Shown here piece by piece: positions 6,687-14,854 of a stretch of 64,000 nucleotides of DNA. The stretch lies in the IMG/VR virus record IMGVR_UViG_3300038424_000856; one strand, written 5' to 3'. The notes under the pieces are model-generated. The model was not told the origin of the DNA. It made no database searches and saw only the letters and a list, made by a program, of their open reading frames with translations. Numbering within the stretch: position 1 is the first letter of the stretch; each line of letters starts with the position of its first letter. The DNA comes from an uncultured virus (IMG/VR IMGVR_UViG_3300038424_000856). Its lineage: Duplodnaviria > Heunggongvirae > Uroviricota > Caudoviricetes. A program made the position numbers and the translations under genes.

Positions 6687-6842
6687 TAGATGTGGTAACA
6701 GCAATTAAATATTGTTAAAACAAAAAACCCCAAAAGGGAATAAATCCTGCGAAACAGGTCGTAGCGGTGGCTACGCTAAAAACGCTCAACAGGGGTAAGT
6801 TGTAAAAAGAGCTTCGGAGATAACCGTAAATTCCGCATCTAG
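6687..6842 (+). ncRNA. Unnamed multi-hairpin RNA C (CAGCAA type)
   Basis: Terminal helix TAGATGTGG/CCGCATCTA, TAACAGCAA, hairpins CCTG-CGAAA-CAGG, CGTAGC-GGTG-GCTACG, CAAC..GTTG, CGG-AGATAA-CCG. Confidence 0.65.
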
Positions 6843-6899
6843 TATATTCTTTCTCTTCGTGAGAAAGATGAAGTTTTCCTCTCGGAAGGGAAACTTTAT

Positions 6900-6973
6900 G
6901 GGGTCATCGTTCAACGGGAGGACATCTCATTCGCAATGAGAAAATCCGGGTTCGATTCCCAGTGGCTCCACCA
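6900..6973 (+). tRNA. tRNA-Ala(CGC)
   Basis: G3:U70; TCTCA-TTCGCAA-TGAGA; A73-CCA. Confidence 0.93.
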
Positions 6974-6994
6974 ATTTAGAGTATTACAAAATAT

Positions 6995-7068
6995 TGATTA
7001 CTGATGTAATGGTAGCATGACGCTCTCTGAAAGCGTTCGTCCATGTTCGAGTCATGGGTAATCAGCCA
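6995..7068 (+). tRNA. tRNA-Gln(CTG)
   Basis: TGATTAC/GTAATCA; ACGCT-CTCTGAA-AGCGT; G73-CCA. Confidence 0.95.
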
Positions 7069-7073
7069 ATTTT

Positions 7074-7238
7074 AACAACGGATACCTACAGTTAAATCCT
7101 GACGTATTTGATACTCAGGACAATCACGGGTAATAAGTAGGTAATTAAAGTTTACCGAAGACCGTGTTAGGAGGCCACAATCGAAAGCAGTGGCTTTGCC
7201 GTTGGACGAGATTCCAACAGGTTATTAAATCCGTTGTT
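7074..7238 (+). ncRNA. Unnamed multi-hairpin RNA D
   Basis: Perfect 10-bp terminal helix AACAACGGAT/ATCCGTTGTT enclosing TCCTGA/TCAGGA, CACGG/CCGTG, GGCCAC/GTGGCT and GTTGGA/TCCAAC stems. Confidence 0.7.
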
Positions 7239-7241
7239 TTA

Positions 7242-7333
7242 GGATGTGTGGCAGAGTGGCTTATAGCGCTTGCTTGGAGAGCAAGAGGTCGGTGAAAATC
7301 GGCCCGGAGGTTCAAATCCTTCCACATCCGCCA
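7242..7333 (+). tRNA. tRNA-Ser(GGA)
   Basis: CTTGC-TTGGAGA-GCAAG; long variable arm; G73-CCA. Confidence 0.95.
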
Positions 7334-7356
7334 ATTTATTTGAAATTATAAATAAA

Positions 7357-7587
7357 ATGTTTTTAAAATGGGTAAAATTTTTATTTGCTAAAAAATCAAA
7401 AAACCCTGAAAAGGTAGTAATTGGTTTTGTATTACCAGATGGCAAAAAATTTAATATCGAAGCAATAAAACCATCAACAAATCCATTTGCTTGTAAAATT
7501 CATCCAGATTATATTCCTGTAAGTCCGCCAACAAATAATTGTAATAGTTGTTGGGAATATTATAGTAAAGGCCGTAGTAAATGGTAA
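7357..7587 (+). CDS. Hypothetical zinc-binding protein
   Basis: ORF 7270..7587 trimmed past the tRNA; CKIHP..CNSCW. Confidence 0.6.
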   Translation: MFLKWVKFLFAKKSKNPEKVVIGFVLPDGKKFNIEAIKPSTNPFACKIHPDYIPVSPPTNNCNSCWEYYSKGRSKW

Positions 7588-7588
7588 T

Positions 7589-7756
7589 ATGAATCAGAGT
7601 TATTATGACGATGATTACCCTGAAACAAATAGGGATAAGACTTTAGTGCCACGAAAAGTTTCTCTTTGGTGTGGTTGTGATAGAGTCTTAATAAGACCGT
7701 GGAAAAAGTGCCCCATTTGTGGCAGACGAAATGGCAGAAAACGATTTAAACGGTAA
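7589..7756 (+). CDS. Small zinc-ribbon protein (55 aa)
   Basis: Hand-read MNQSYYDDDYPE...WCGCD...KCPICG; the stop lies inside the first 5 nt of tRNA-Ser(CGA). Confidence 0.65.
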   Translation: MNQSYYDDDYPETNRDKTLVPRKVSLWCGCDRVLIRPWKKCPICGRRNGRKRFKR

Positions 7757-7845
7757 GTTGGCCGAGTGGACTAAGGCGCCAGTTTCGAAAACTGGAGGTC
7801 GGCAAAAATGCTGACCCGTAGGTTCAAATCCTACACTTACCGCCA
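7752..7845 (+). tRNA. tRNA-Ser(CGA)
   Basis: CCAGT-TTCGAAA-ACTGG; long variable arm; G73-CCA. Confidence 0.95.
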
Positions 7846-7859
7846 ATTTTATATTCTTC

Positions 7860-7888
7860 TTGACTTTTCTTTCTTTTTTTGATATCTT
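7860..7888 (+). promoter_or_regulatory. Sigma70-type promoter
   Basis: TTGACT-N17-TATCTT; ATG at 7896. Confidence 0.65.
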
Positions 7889-7895
7889 TATCTTT

Positions 7896-8105
7896 ATGAA
7901 TTTTCAACCACCAATCATATATGGAATTTATAATCTAACTTTGAATAAATGGGTTCAAGATGCAGATTCAGATGTTGGTGCAGATGTTAAATGTTATAGT
8001 CTATCTAAAGCAGAAAAATTATTGGAAAGAGTAAATGATTTGAAAATGCTTAATCCAAATAATAGAAACATGCAATTTGAAATAAGGCCTTATAAGGATT
8101 TATGA
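7896..8105 (+). CDS. Hypothetical protein
   Basis: ORF trimmed to MNFQPPII after the promoter. Confidence 0.65.
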   Translation: MNFQPPIIYGIYNLTLNKWVQDADSDVGADVKCYSLSKAEKLLERVNDLKMLNPNNRNMQFEIRPYKDL

Positions 8106-8713
8106 AACTTAAAATTATAGGTGATGGGGCGTTTGGTTCTTTTCTTAAAGAATTACTTGCTCCTCATTTTGAAATTTGTGATGATGCAGAAAGTGTTATT
8201 CTTGCTATTCCTATATCTGCATACCCATCTTGGGGAGCACAATTGTCTGATAAACATCTAATAAATGTATGTTCGGTTCAAAAACCATCAACTGATATAC
8301 TTCTTTCGTCAACAGACAGAGTTACAAGTATTCATCCTTTATTTGGAAGGCGAACACCCGAAGATAAACGGAATTCAATTTTGACATATATAGGAACAAA
8401 CAATGATACATGGGATTCAGGATTAGATTGTCAATTTGAATTCATAAAAATATTTGGAAAAGTTTCTAAAATAATAGATACTGATCAAGAGGGTAAAAAG
8501 TTTACACCTGAATCGCATGACCAGCTTATGGCTAAAACCCATGTAGCTGCCGTTATGGCAGCTAAACAATTAAAGGTATTTGTTGACAGAGTTAAAGATG
8601 TTCCTGATGAATTGATTCCTCATAGTTTTCGTATGATGCGAGAGTTTGTAAAAACTCTTGATGATATGCCGAAAGGAACTATTGAAAGTATTATGGCAAA
8701 TCCATATTTTTAA
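8102..8713 (+). CDS. tyrA: Prephenate/arogenate dehydrogenase-like protein
   Basis: Rossmann IIGDGAFG, VILAIP, NVCSVQ, SIHPLFG, TPESHDQLMA. Confidence 0.75.
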   Translation: MKLKIIGDGAFGSFLKELLAPHFEICDDAESVILAIPISAYPSWGAQLSDKHLINVCSVQKPSTDILLSSTDRVTSIHPLFGRRTPEDKRNSILTYIGTNNDTWDSGLDCQFEFIKIFGKVSKIIDTDQEGKKFTPESHDQLMAKTHVAAVMAAKQLKVFVDRVKDVPDELIPHSFRMMREFVKTLDDMPKGTIESIMANPYF

Positions 8714-8770
8714 TAAAACCATTAAATAAAATAAGTTGATTATAAAAACCCATTGTTGTATCATTTAGAT

Positions 8771-9091
8771 ATGACAATGGGTGTTTTTATTTTAGTTGTT
8801 ATAGCAATGACATTTTATGGATTTGGTGAATATTTTTCAAAATTATTTGCTAATATAGGTGGTTCAAAATTTGCTCTTCTAGCTCTTCTTTTCTATATTT
8901 TAACTTCTATCTGTTTTTTACCAGCCTTAAAAAAGCTTAATTCACTTTCTATTTTAGGAACTATTTGGAATGTAGGCTATATGATAATTACATTGGGAAT
9001 AGGTATTTTAATATTTCATGAAACTCTTACCATACTTCAAATTATAGGTATAATATTTGGTTTTATTGCTATAATTTTATTGTCAATATAA
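8771..9091 (+). CDS. SMR/DMT-family small membrane transporter
   Basis: About 106 aa, four hydrophobic helices, GEYFSK, IWN, FHETLT..IIGI; promoter TTGATT-N17-TATCAT at 8736-8764. Confidence 0.8.
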   Translation: MTMGVFILVVIAMTFYGFGEYFSKLFANIGGSKFALLALLFYILTSICFLPALKKLNSLSILGTIWNVGYMIITLGIGILIFHETLTILQIIGIIFGFIAIILLSI

Positions 9092-9144
9092 TAAATTGAT
9101 TTTCTCTTAATCTGTGTTAGTATGCTTCACAGAAGGAAAAATAT

Positions 9145-9828
9145 ATGATTGACAAAACTAATTTGACTGATGCTGAAATTCAAGAAAATTACCAAGAATT
9201 TTTGAAATTTGTTGGTGATACTTTCATTGGTAAAAGAAAAGATAAACTTCTAAAAATGTATTCTGATGAAGAAGATTCGTTGGGATTACCTTTAGCAACT
9301 GCACCTGCATCAATGTGTGAACATTTTCATCTGTGTTATCCGGGTGGATATTTGCAACATGTTATGCATGTAATCAGATTATCTTTTGCAGGAAAGAAAT
9401 TATTTGAAATTGCTGGAGCAAATATTGATTTTACAGATGAACAAATGGTATTTGCAGCTATGCATCACGATTTAGGAAAACTTGGTGACCCTGAATTTGG
9501 TGAATATTATGCTCCACAAGACCAAGATTGGAAGTATAAGAAGGGTGAATTTTACAAAATGAATCCTAATCTTCCTTACATGGAAGTTACTGATAGAGCT
9601 ATATTTCTACTTCAAAAGTATGGTGTAGTTTATGATTGGAAGGAATACCTTGGTATTAAATTATCAGATGGTTTGTTCAATGATTCCAATGAAAAATATC
9701 TAAAACAATATAATCCTGAAATGTATTTATCAACTAATTTACCACGCATAATTCATACTGCTGATTATACAGCATGTAGGTCAGAATATGACAGGTGGCA
9801 TTATGTTAAAGCTGAAGAAAAGCTCTAA
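9145..9828 (+). CDS. HD-domain phosphohydrolase
   Basis: HLCYPGGYLQH, AMHHDLGK, IIHTAD. Confidence 0.85.
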   Translation: MIDKTNLTDAEIQENYQEFLKFVGDTFIGKRKDKLLKMYSDEEDSLGLPLATAPASMCEHFHLCYPGGYLQHVMHVIRLSFAGKKLFEIAGANIDFTDEQMVFAAMHHDLGKLGDPEFGEYYAPQDQDWKYKKGEFYKMNPNLPYMEVTDRAIFLLQKYGVVYDWKEYLGIKLSDGLFNDSNEKYLKQYNPEMYLSTNLPRIIHTADYTACRSEYDRWHYVKAEEKL

Positions 9829-9849
9829 TAATTCCATGAATAAAAAACA

Positions 9850-9886
9850 TTCCCCGTCTGAAATATTCAGATGGGAGAATTTTTTT
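9850..9886 (+). terminator. Intrinsic terminator (possibly bidirectional)
   Basis: CCCGTCTGAA/TTCAGATGGG stem with a T7 run after and an A run before. Confidence 0.75.
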
Positions 9887-10041
9887 GTGCAATAGAAGAC
9901 TGCTAACGCGGATTAAACATCCGACATGAAATTTCATATTGTCGAAACAAGTATATCCACTATTATTTTTCACTATTATAAGTATCATTGCTACAAATGA
10001 AATAGTGTTGACTTTTAACAGACCTGTGATATGATATAATT

Positions 10042-10365
10042 ATGCCTGTAATAAAGGATGATAAAATATTGCTGATTCGTTGTAAATGCCATGGGCATAT
10101 TCTGGAAATTACTTACGATGATTATTGGATTGAAGAAGGTGTAGAACCTGATTTTTATGTTTCCGTATGGAATCAATCTCCATGTCCACTTTCTTTTTCT
10201 TACCGCCTTAAACTTGTTTGGGACTTAATTCGTGGAAAAGACCTTAGTGGTGATGATGTAATAATAGAAAAAGCAGATGCACAATCGATTGTAAATTTCT
10301 TAAACAAACAAATAAGAGCAAATTATGTCAAACAAAAAAAGAACAAAGGAAATGCAATCAGATGA
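10042..10365 (+). CDS. Hypothetical protein
   Basis: 107 aa ORF behind TTGACT..TGTG-N-TATGAT (10008-10035). Confidence 0.7.
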   Translation: MPVIKDDKILLIRCKCHGHILEITYDDYWIEEGVEPDFYVSVWNQSPCPLSFSYRLKLVWDLIRGKDLSGDDVIIEKADAQSIVNFLNKQIRANYVKQKKNKGNAIR

Positions 10366-10618
10366 AATCCTTACTTTAGAAGTACCCATAGCCGAAATAA
10401 TGAAACAAGAGGAAATTATTTGGTCGCCGGGAGATACAGCGCCACGTTATGTTATTGTTCGTGGTGGATTAAGAGTATCTGACAAAGATTATCCAGAACG
10501 GGATGACCCAAGGGCAATTTCTGAAATGAATTTTTGGAACAGAGTAATCAGTCGTTGGCCTGATGGAACGAAAATTGAAATCGTTCAATATGATAAAAAG
10601 AAGCATCGCATTTGGTAA
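10325..10618 (+). CDS. Hypothetical protein
   Basis: 97 aa ORF overlapping the previous one. Confidence 0.7.
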   Translation: MSNKKRTKEMQSDEILTLEVPIAEIMKQEEIIWSPGDTAPRYVIVRGGLRVSDKDYPERDDPRAISEMNFWNRVISRWPDGTKIEIVQYDKKKHRIW

Positions 10619-10650
10619 AAAAATAAAAATATTTATCTAAATTTATACGT

Positions 10651-10686
10651 AACGTGGTAGAGAAATCTACCACGTTTTTTCTTTTT
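10651..10686 (+). terminator. Intrinsic terminator
   Basis: AACGTGGTAGA-GAAA-TCTACCACGTT plus a T run. Confidence 0.85.
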
Positions 10687-10719
10687 GTACGTCTTTGCCG
10701 ATATTTATTCAATGAAGAT

Positions 10720-11073
10720 ATGGTAGAAAAAAATAATAAAAATATACCAACTCTATATGTTATACCATCTGATAATAAGGAATTGCAATTTTTTTCCAAA
10801 AAGTTTAAGTTTGACATGATGGAGCAAGTCATAAACATGATTGCGTTTGCTATTGAACATAATTTACCTCTTGTTGAAGTATTTCAGTTTAAAAATTCTG
10901 ACTTTGTTATAACATTATCAGAGAGAGATTATTTGACTAACCTTAACAATATTTATTCTTACTATGTAGAAAAAGAAGCTTACGAATATTGTCCAAAGGT
11001 AGTCAAGTTACAGAAAATTCTAAAGGAAAAGTCCGTAATAAATACTGATGAAAACCAAACGAATCGACACTAA
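10720..11073 (+). CDS. Hypothetical protein
   Basis: ORF trimmed to the ATG downstream of the terminator; C-terminal EAYEYC helix. Confidence 0.7.
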   Translation: MVEKNNKNIPTLYVIPSDNKELQFFSKKFKFDMMEQVINMIAFAIEHNLPLVEVFQFKNSDFVITLSERDYLTNLNNIYSYYVEKEAYEYCPKVVKLQKILKEKSVINTDENQTNRH

Positions 11074-11779
11074 TGAAGTTAAGGACATAAGCCCTATTAT
11101 CCCACAACGAAATAAGATTAAAAATCTTCTATCAATTTATCAAAGAAATCTTAATGAAAAGCAAAAAAATTTTTTGGAAATTGCCATGGACAAGAATACA
11201 AAAATTGTATTCGTATATGGGCCTGCTGGCACGTCCAAAACGTATATGGCAATATATGCTGCACTTACACTGGTCAATCAAAGAAAAGTAAGTGATTTAA
11301 TCTACATTCGTTCAGCAGTAGAATCATCAGAAGCTAAACTTGGATTCTTACCCGGAGAAGCTGACGAAAAAATGGCACCATATTTAGCTCCTTTAACGGA
11401 TAAATTAGTAGAATTATTACCAAAAAATGATATAGATATTTTAAAAAAAGAAAATAGAATTTCATCTATCCCAGTTGGATTTCTTAGAGGGTTAAATTGG
11501 AATGCTAGAGTAATAATTTCTGATGAAGCGCAGAACATGACTTTTAAAGAATTATTTACATTGATTACTAGGGTAGGAGAATTTAGTAAAATGTTTATTT
11601 TGGGTGACCCTGAACAATCGGACCTCAACGGTAAAACCGGATTTCTTAAAATGATATCTTATTTTGATGATGAAGAATCGAGAGCTAATGGAATTCAAGT
11701 GTTTAGATTTACCGATAATGATATTGTAAGAAGTGGATTGGTTCAATTCATTGTCAAAAAAGTTAAAAAAACGATTTGA
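11048..11779 (+). CDS. phoH: PhoH-family ATPase
   Basis: GPAGTSKT, LGFLPG, FLRG, DEAQN, TRVGE, GDPEQSD, DIVRS. Confidence 0.95.
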   Translation: MKTKRIDTNEVKDISPIIPQRNKIKNLLSIYQRNLNEKQKNFLEIAMDKNTKIVFVYGPAGTSKTYMAIYAALTLVNQRKVSDLIYIRSAVESSEAKLGFLPGEADEKMAPYLAPLTDKLVELLPKNDIDILKKENRISSIPVGFLRGLNWNARVIISDEAQNMTFKELFTLITRVGEFSKMFILGDPEQSDLNGKTGFLKMISYFDDEESRANGIQVFRFTDNDIVRSGLVQFIVKKVKKTI

Positions 11780-11801
11780 GAGTCTATTTATAGGTTATAT
11801 T

Positions 11802-12794
11802 ATGTCTGATAATGAAAAAGTATCTTCCTTACTGGAATTAGATGCACCAGAAATACAACCAAATGATGTTTTTCTAGTCACAGATATGAGTCAACGGGAG
11901 TCTAAACAACTTCCAGTAGGACAATTATTACTATTTATTGAAAGTAGTGGAAGTTTTTTGGCTTATGATTCTGCTCATGCAGATACGGCCTCTTATATTT
12001 TGGCTAGTGGTATTGATGGTATTATACCTCTTGCTACTAATGCGTCACAATCTATATCATCAAGTTGGGCGAGTCTTGCTGATACAAGTTCTTATGCTAT
12101 TACAGCATCATCTTCTTCATATTCTGCATTTTGTTCAATTACATCAGATATTGCTAATACTGCTTCATTTTTGTCATATACTGGAACACCTAATGGTACA
12201 GCTTCGTATGCTATAACTTCCCTTACATCAAATACTGCTCAAAATGCCGCGTTTTTAATTTATTCCAGTGGAAGTAATAATGGAACATCATCGTATTCTG
12301 TAACGTCGCTCACTACTATTTCAGCATCGTATTCCAATACATCATCATATTCCAATACGTCATTATATTCTGATACTTCAAGTATAGCAATATCATGTAA
12401 TACCGCACAGACAGCAAGTTTTTACAATGGCCCAAGATTTGCTCCTACTTTTATAGCACCCGTTACTATTTTTTCTGGTACAGGACAATCTGCATTTACA
12501 ACATTTGATTGTAGTCCTTATATTCCGGTTGGAACCAGCGTGGTTATTTTAGATGCATGGTCTGTAAATGGTAATACAAATACTACCGGATTTGTTTATA
12601 TAAGACCAGATTCCTTTTTTACTGCTTCAAATTATGTATTGATAGCATTTCGTTCAGCAGGCAGTGGTGATAATGTAGCAGTTGGTGCACAAGGAAGTTT
12701 TCCTCTTTCTTCAATTAGTCCTTTAACATTTCAATTCAGTGTGACACAAACAGCAGATGGTGGAACAACGATTCGTTTAATAGGATATTACTAA
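11802..12794 (+). CDS. Tail fibre-like protein with ASYA repeats
   Basis: N-terminal head shared with the next two ORFs; TASY/SSYA repeats; C-terminal IRLIGYY tip. Confidence 0.65.
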   Translation: MSDNEKVSSLLELDAPEIQPNDVFLVTDMSQRESKQLPVGQLLLFIESSGSFLAYDSAHADTASYILASGIDGIIPLATNASQSISSSWASLADTSSYAITASSSSYSAFCSITSDIANTASFLSYTGTPNGTASYAITSLTSNTAQNAAFLIYSSGSNNGTSSYSVTSLTTISASYSNTSSYSNTSLYSDTSSIAISCNTAQTASFYNGPRFAPTFIAPVTIFSGTGQSAFTTFDCSPYIPVGTSVVILDAWSVNGNTNTTGFVYIRPDSFFTASNYVLIAFRSAGSGDNVAVGAQGSFPLSSISPLTFQFSVTQTADGGTTIRLIGYY

Positions 12795-12807
12795 TAATAA
12801 CAATTTT

Positions 12808-14826
12808 ATGCCAAATATAGGAAATCAATTATTAACACAGTTAGTGGAACTTACAGCACCTGAAGTTCAACCAAATGATATATTTCTTATTGTAGATATA
12901 AGTGCTAATGAATCAAAAAAAATTCAAGCATATGATTTGGCATTGTGGTTGAATGCAAGTGGAAGTCTTTATGCAATTTATGCAGTAAATGCTGATACAG
13001 CTTCATATATTTTGGGGAGTGAAGTACATGGAACGGTAATTTCATCAAGTTATTCAAATAAATCTTCATTATCAGATACCGCTTCTTTTGCTCTGCTTGC
13101 AAATAGTTCTTCATATGCTTTGACTGCTTCATTTGCTATGAGTGGGTCAGGAGGAGCAACTTCCATTACTGCTTCGTATTTACTTTATTCAGGTGTGCCC
13201 AATGGAACGGCATCATATGCTATAACTTCTTTCACATCAAATACTGCTCAAAATGCTATCTTTTTACTTTATAATAGTGGAAGTAATAATGGAACGGCAT
13301 CGTATGCTATAACCACTCAAAATGTACAGCATTCGACTACATCTGATACTGCGTCTTATGTTGCTGGAGGACCAACAGCTACAGCTTCATATGCTCTTTA
13401 TGCTCAACAATCGGCTCCGGGGTCGTCTAGTTATTTGATATTTTCTTCAACTAATGGAACATCATCTTATGCTATGGCTGCACAAGTCATAGCTAATATA
13501 ATGGCTAATTATGGTATCTTTTTAGCATATACTCAATCAGTTAATATGGCACAACTTGATGATGTAGATATATTGTGGTCCACAGCAGCAGAGGCCATAA
13601 CACCCATTGAAGCTATGGGAACTGTAATTGTTCCTTTTACATCATCAGTTCCTACAAATGGAATTGTATATCTTTCCGCAATGGATAGAAATACAGGATT
13701 CCAGACTTTGTTGGATTCAACTCCAATATCAGTGAATGTCCCTATTATATATACTTGGGATAATCAATATGCTAGTGGAACTATAGAAACTCCGTTTTCC
13801 TTAATGGGGCAATCAAGTTTTTATGGTTCTTATATGTTATTTGTGAGTTCATCAAATAATATTAAAATTGAACCAACGAGAACTGTTCGATTTAAAATTT
13901 CCAGTCAAAGTGACACGGTAAATTCTTATGTAAATGTTCCATTAAGTTTAAGTGTGTTTCCATCTAGTTCTGTTGTATTCACATTTACATCCACAGATGG
14001 TGGTCCTTTTACGGATTATATTACAGGTTTATTTTACACAATGTCTTTTAATAAACAAATATTTACATTAGATGCCATTAACCAAGGTTTGACATCAATG
14101 TATTATTATTGGACATTGAATAGCGTCACAGAATCAAATTTTTCAAATAATCCATTATCAATATTGAGTGGTGTACCTAATTCTTTAACTTCTCTATCAT
14201 GTTCAAATTGCTCTTTGGCATCGTTTTACACATTCCAATCTTCATCGTTAAGTACTCTAAGTTGTGATGGTAATTTCTTAACATCATTACCAAATTTTCC
14301 AACATCCATGTCGTATATAAATTGCTCAAATAACAATTTGACATCTTTAAATTTACCATTAACATTATCATATTTGAATTGTTCTTTAAATCAACTGACT
14401 TCACTACCAAGTGTTCTTCCATCAGGGTCATATACATTTTTGGCTGATAATAATCAGATACAAGTTTTACCATCTGCCCTTCCAGATACCATAGTTACTA
14501 TGTCAATGAATAATAATACTTCATTATTAAACTTTTCACTAACACCTTTACCTGCTCAATTGGGTTATCTTTCTTTCAATAATTGTCCAAATATAGGTAG
14601 TTTACCGAGCATACCGACAGGAGTTTTATATTTATCTTTACAAAGTTGTAGTCTTAATTCGACAGTTTTGGAGAATATTACAGCTAATTTAGCATCTAGT
14701 AGCTTATCTGCTAGTATGATTAGCGGAACAGTTGATATAAGAGGAAATGGCGCACCCGATAGTACAGCATTAAACAATTTACAGACGTTAATAAATAATG
14801 GATGGGTGGCATTATACGATATGTAA
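12808..14826 (+). CDS. Tail fibre-like protein with C-terminal leucine-rich repeats
   Basis: ASYA repeats, then LxxLxCxxNxLTSLP repeats. Confidence 0.7.
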   Translation: MPNIGNQLLTQLVELTAPEVQPNDIFLIVDISANESKKIQAYDLALWLNASGSLYAIYAVNADTASYILGSEVHGTVISSSYSNKSSLSDTASFALLANSSSYALTASFAMSGSGGATSITASYLLYSGVPNGTASYAITSFTSNTAQNAIFLLYNSGSNNGTASYAITTQNVQHSTTSDTASYVAGGPTATASYALYAQQSAPGSSSYLIFSSTNGTSSYAMAAQVIANIMANYGIFLAYTQSVNMAQLDDVDILWSTAAEAITPIEAMGTVIVPFTSSVPTNGIVYLSAMDRNTGFQTLLDSTPISVNVPIIYTWDNQYASGTIETPFSLMGQSSFYGSYMLFVSSSNNIKIEPTRTVRFKISSQSDTVNSYVNVPLSLSVFPSSSVVFTFTSTDGGPFTDYITGLFYTMSFNKQIFTLDAINQGLTSMYYYWTLNSVTESNFSNNPLSILSGVPNSLTSLSCSNCSLASFYTFQSSSLSTLSCDGNFLTSLPNFPTSMSYINCSNNNLTSLNLPLTLSYLNCSLNQLTSLPSVLPSGSYTFLADNNQIQVLPSALPDTIVTMSMNNNTSLLNFSLTPLPAQLGYLSFNNCPNIGSLPSIPTGVLYLSLQSCSLNSTVLENITANLASSSLSASMISGTVDIRGNGAPDSTALNNLQTLINNGWVALYDM

Positions 14827-14854
14827 TACTTATACTTAAAAGGAATATAAAAAT

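Noticed and set aside
857..7445. ORF-track entries 857..1165(-), 5509..5802(-), 6012..6197(-), 7145..7327(-), 7239..7445(-) and the 5' extensions of 1068, 2869 and 7270
   Set aside because: They overlap tRNA/ncRNA genes or better + strand ORFs and are shadow frames
9887..9995. Small hairpins (CGGAT/ATCCG, CGACA/TGTCG) between the terminator and the promoter
   Set aside because: Short overlapping stems with no recognisable motif; not enough to call an ncRNA
12183..13305. Near-identical repeats in fibre genes as a DGR template/variable pair
   Set aside because: Mismatches are not adenine-specific, both copies are coding, and no reverse transcriptase is in the window
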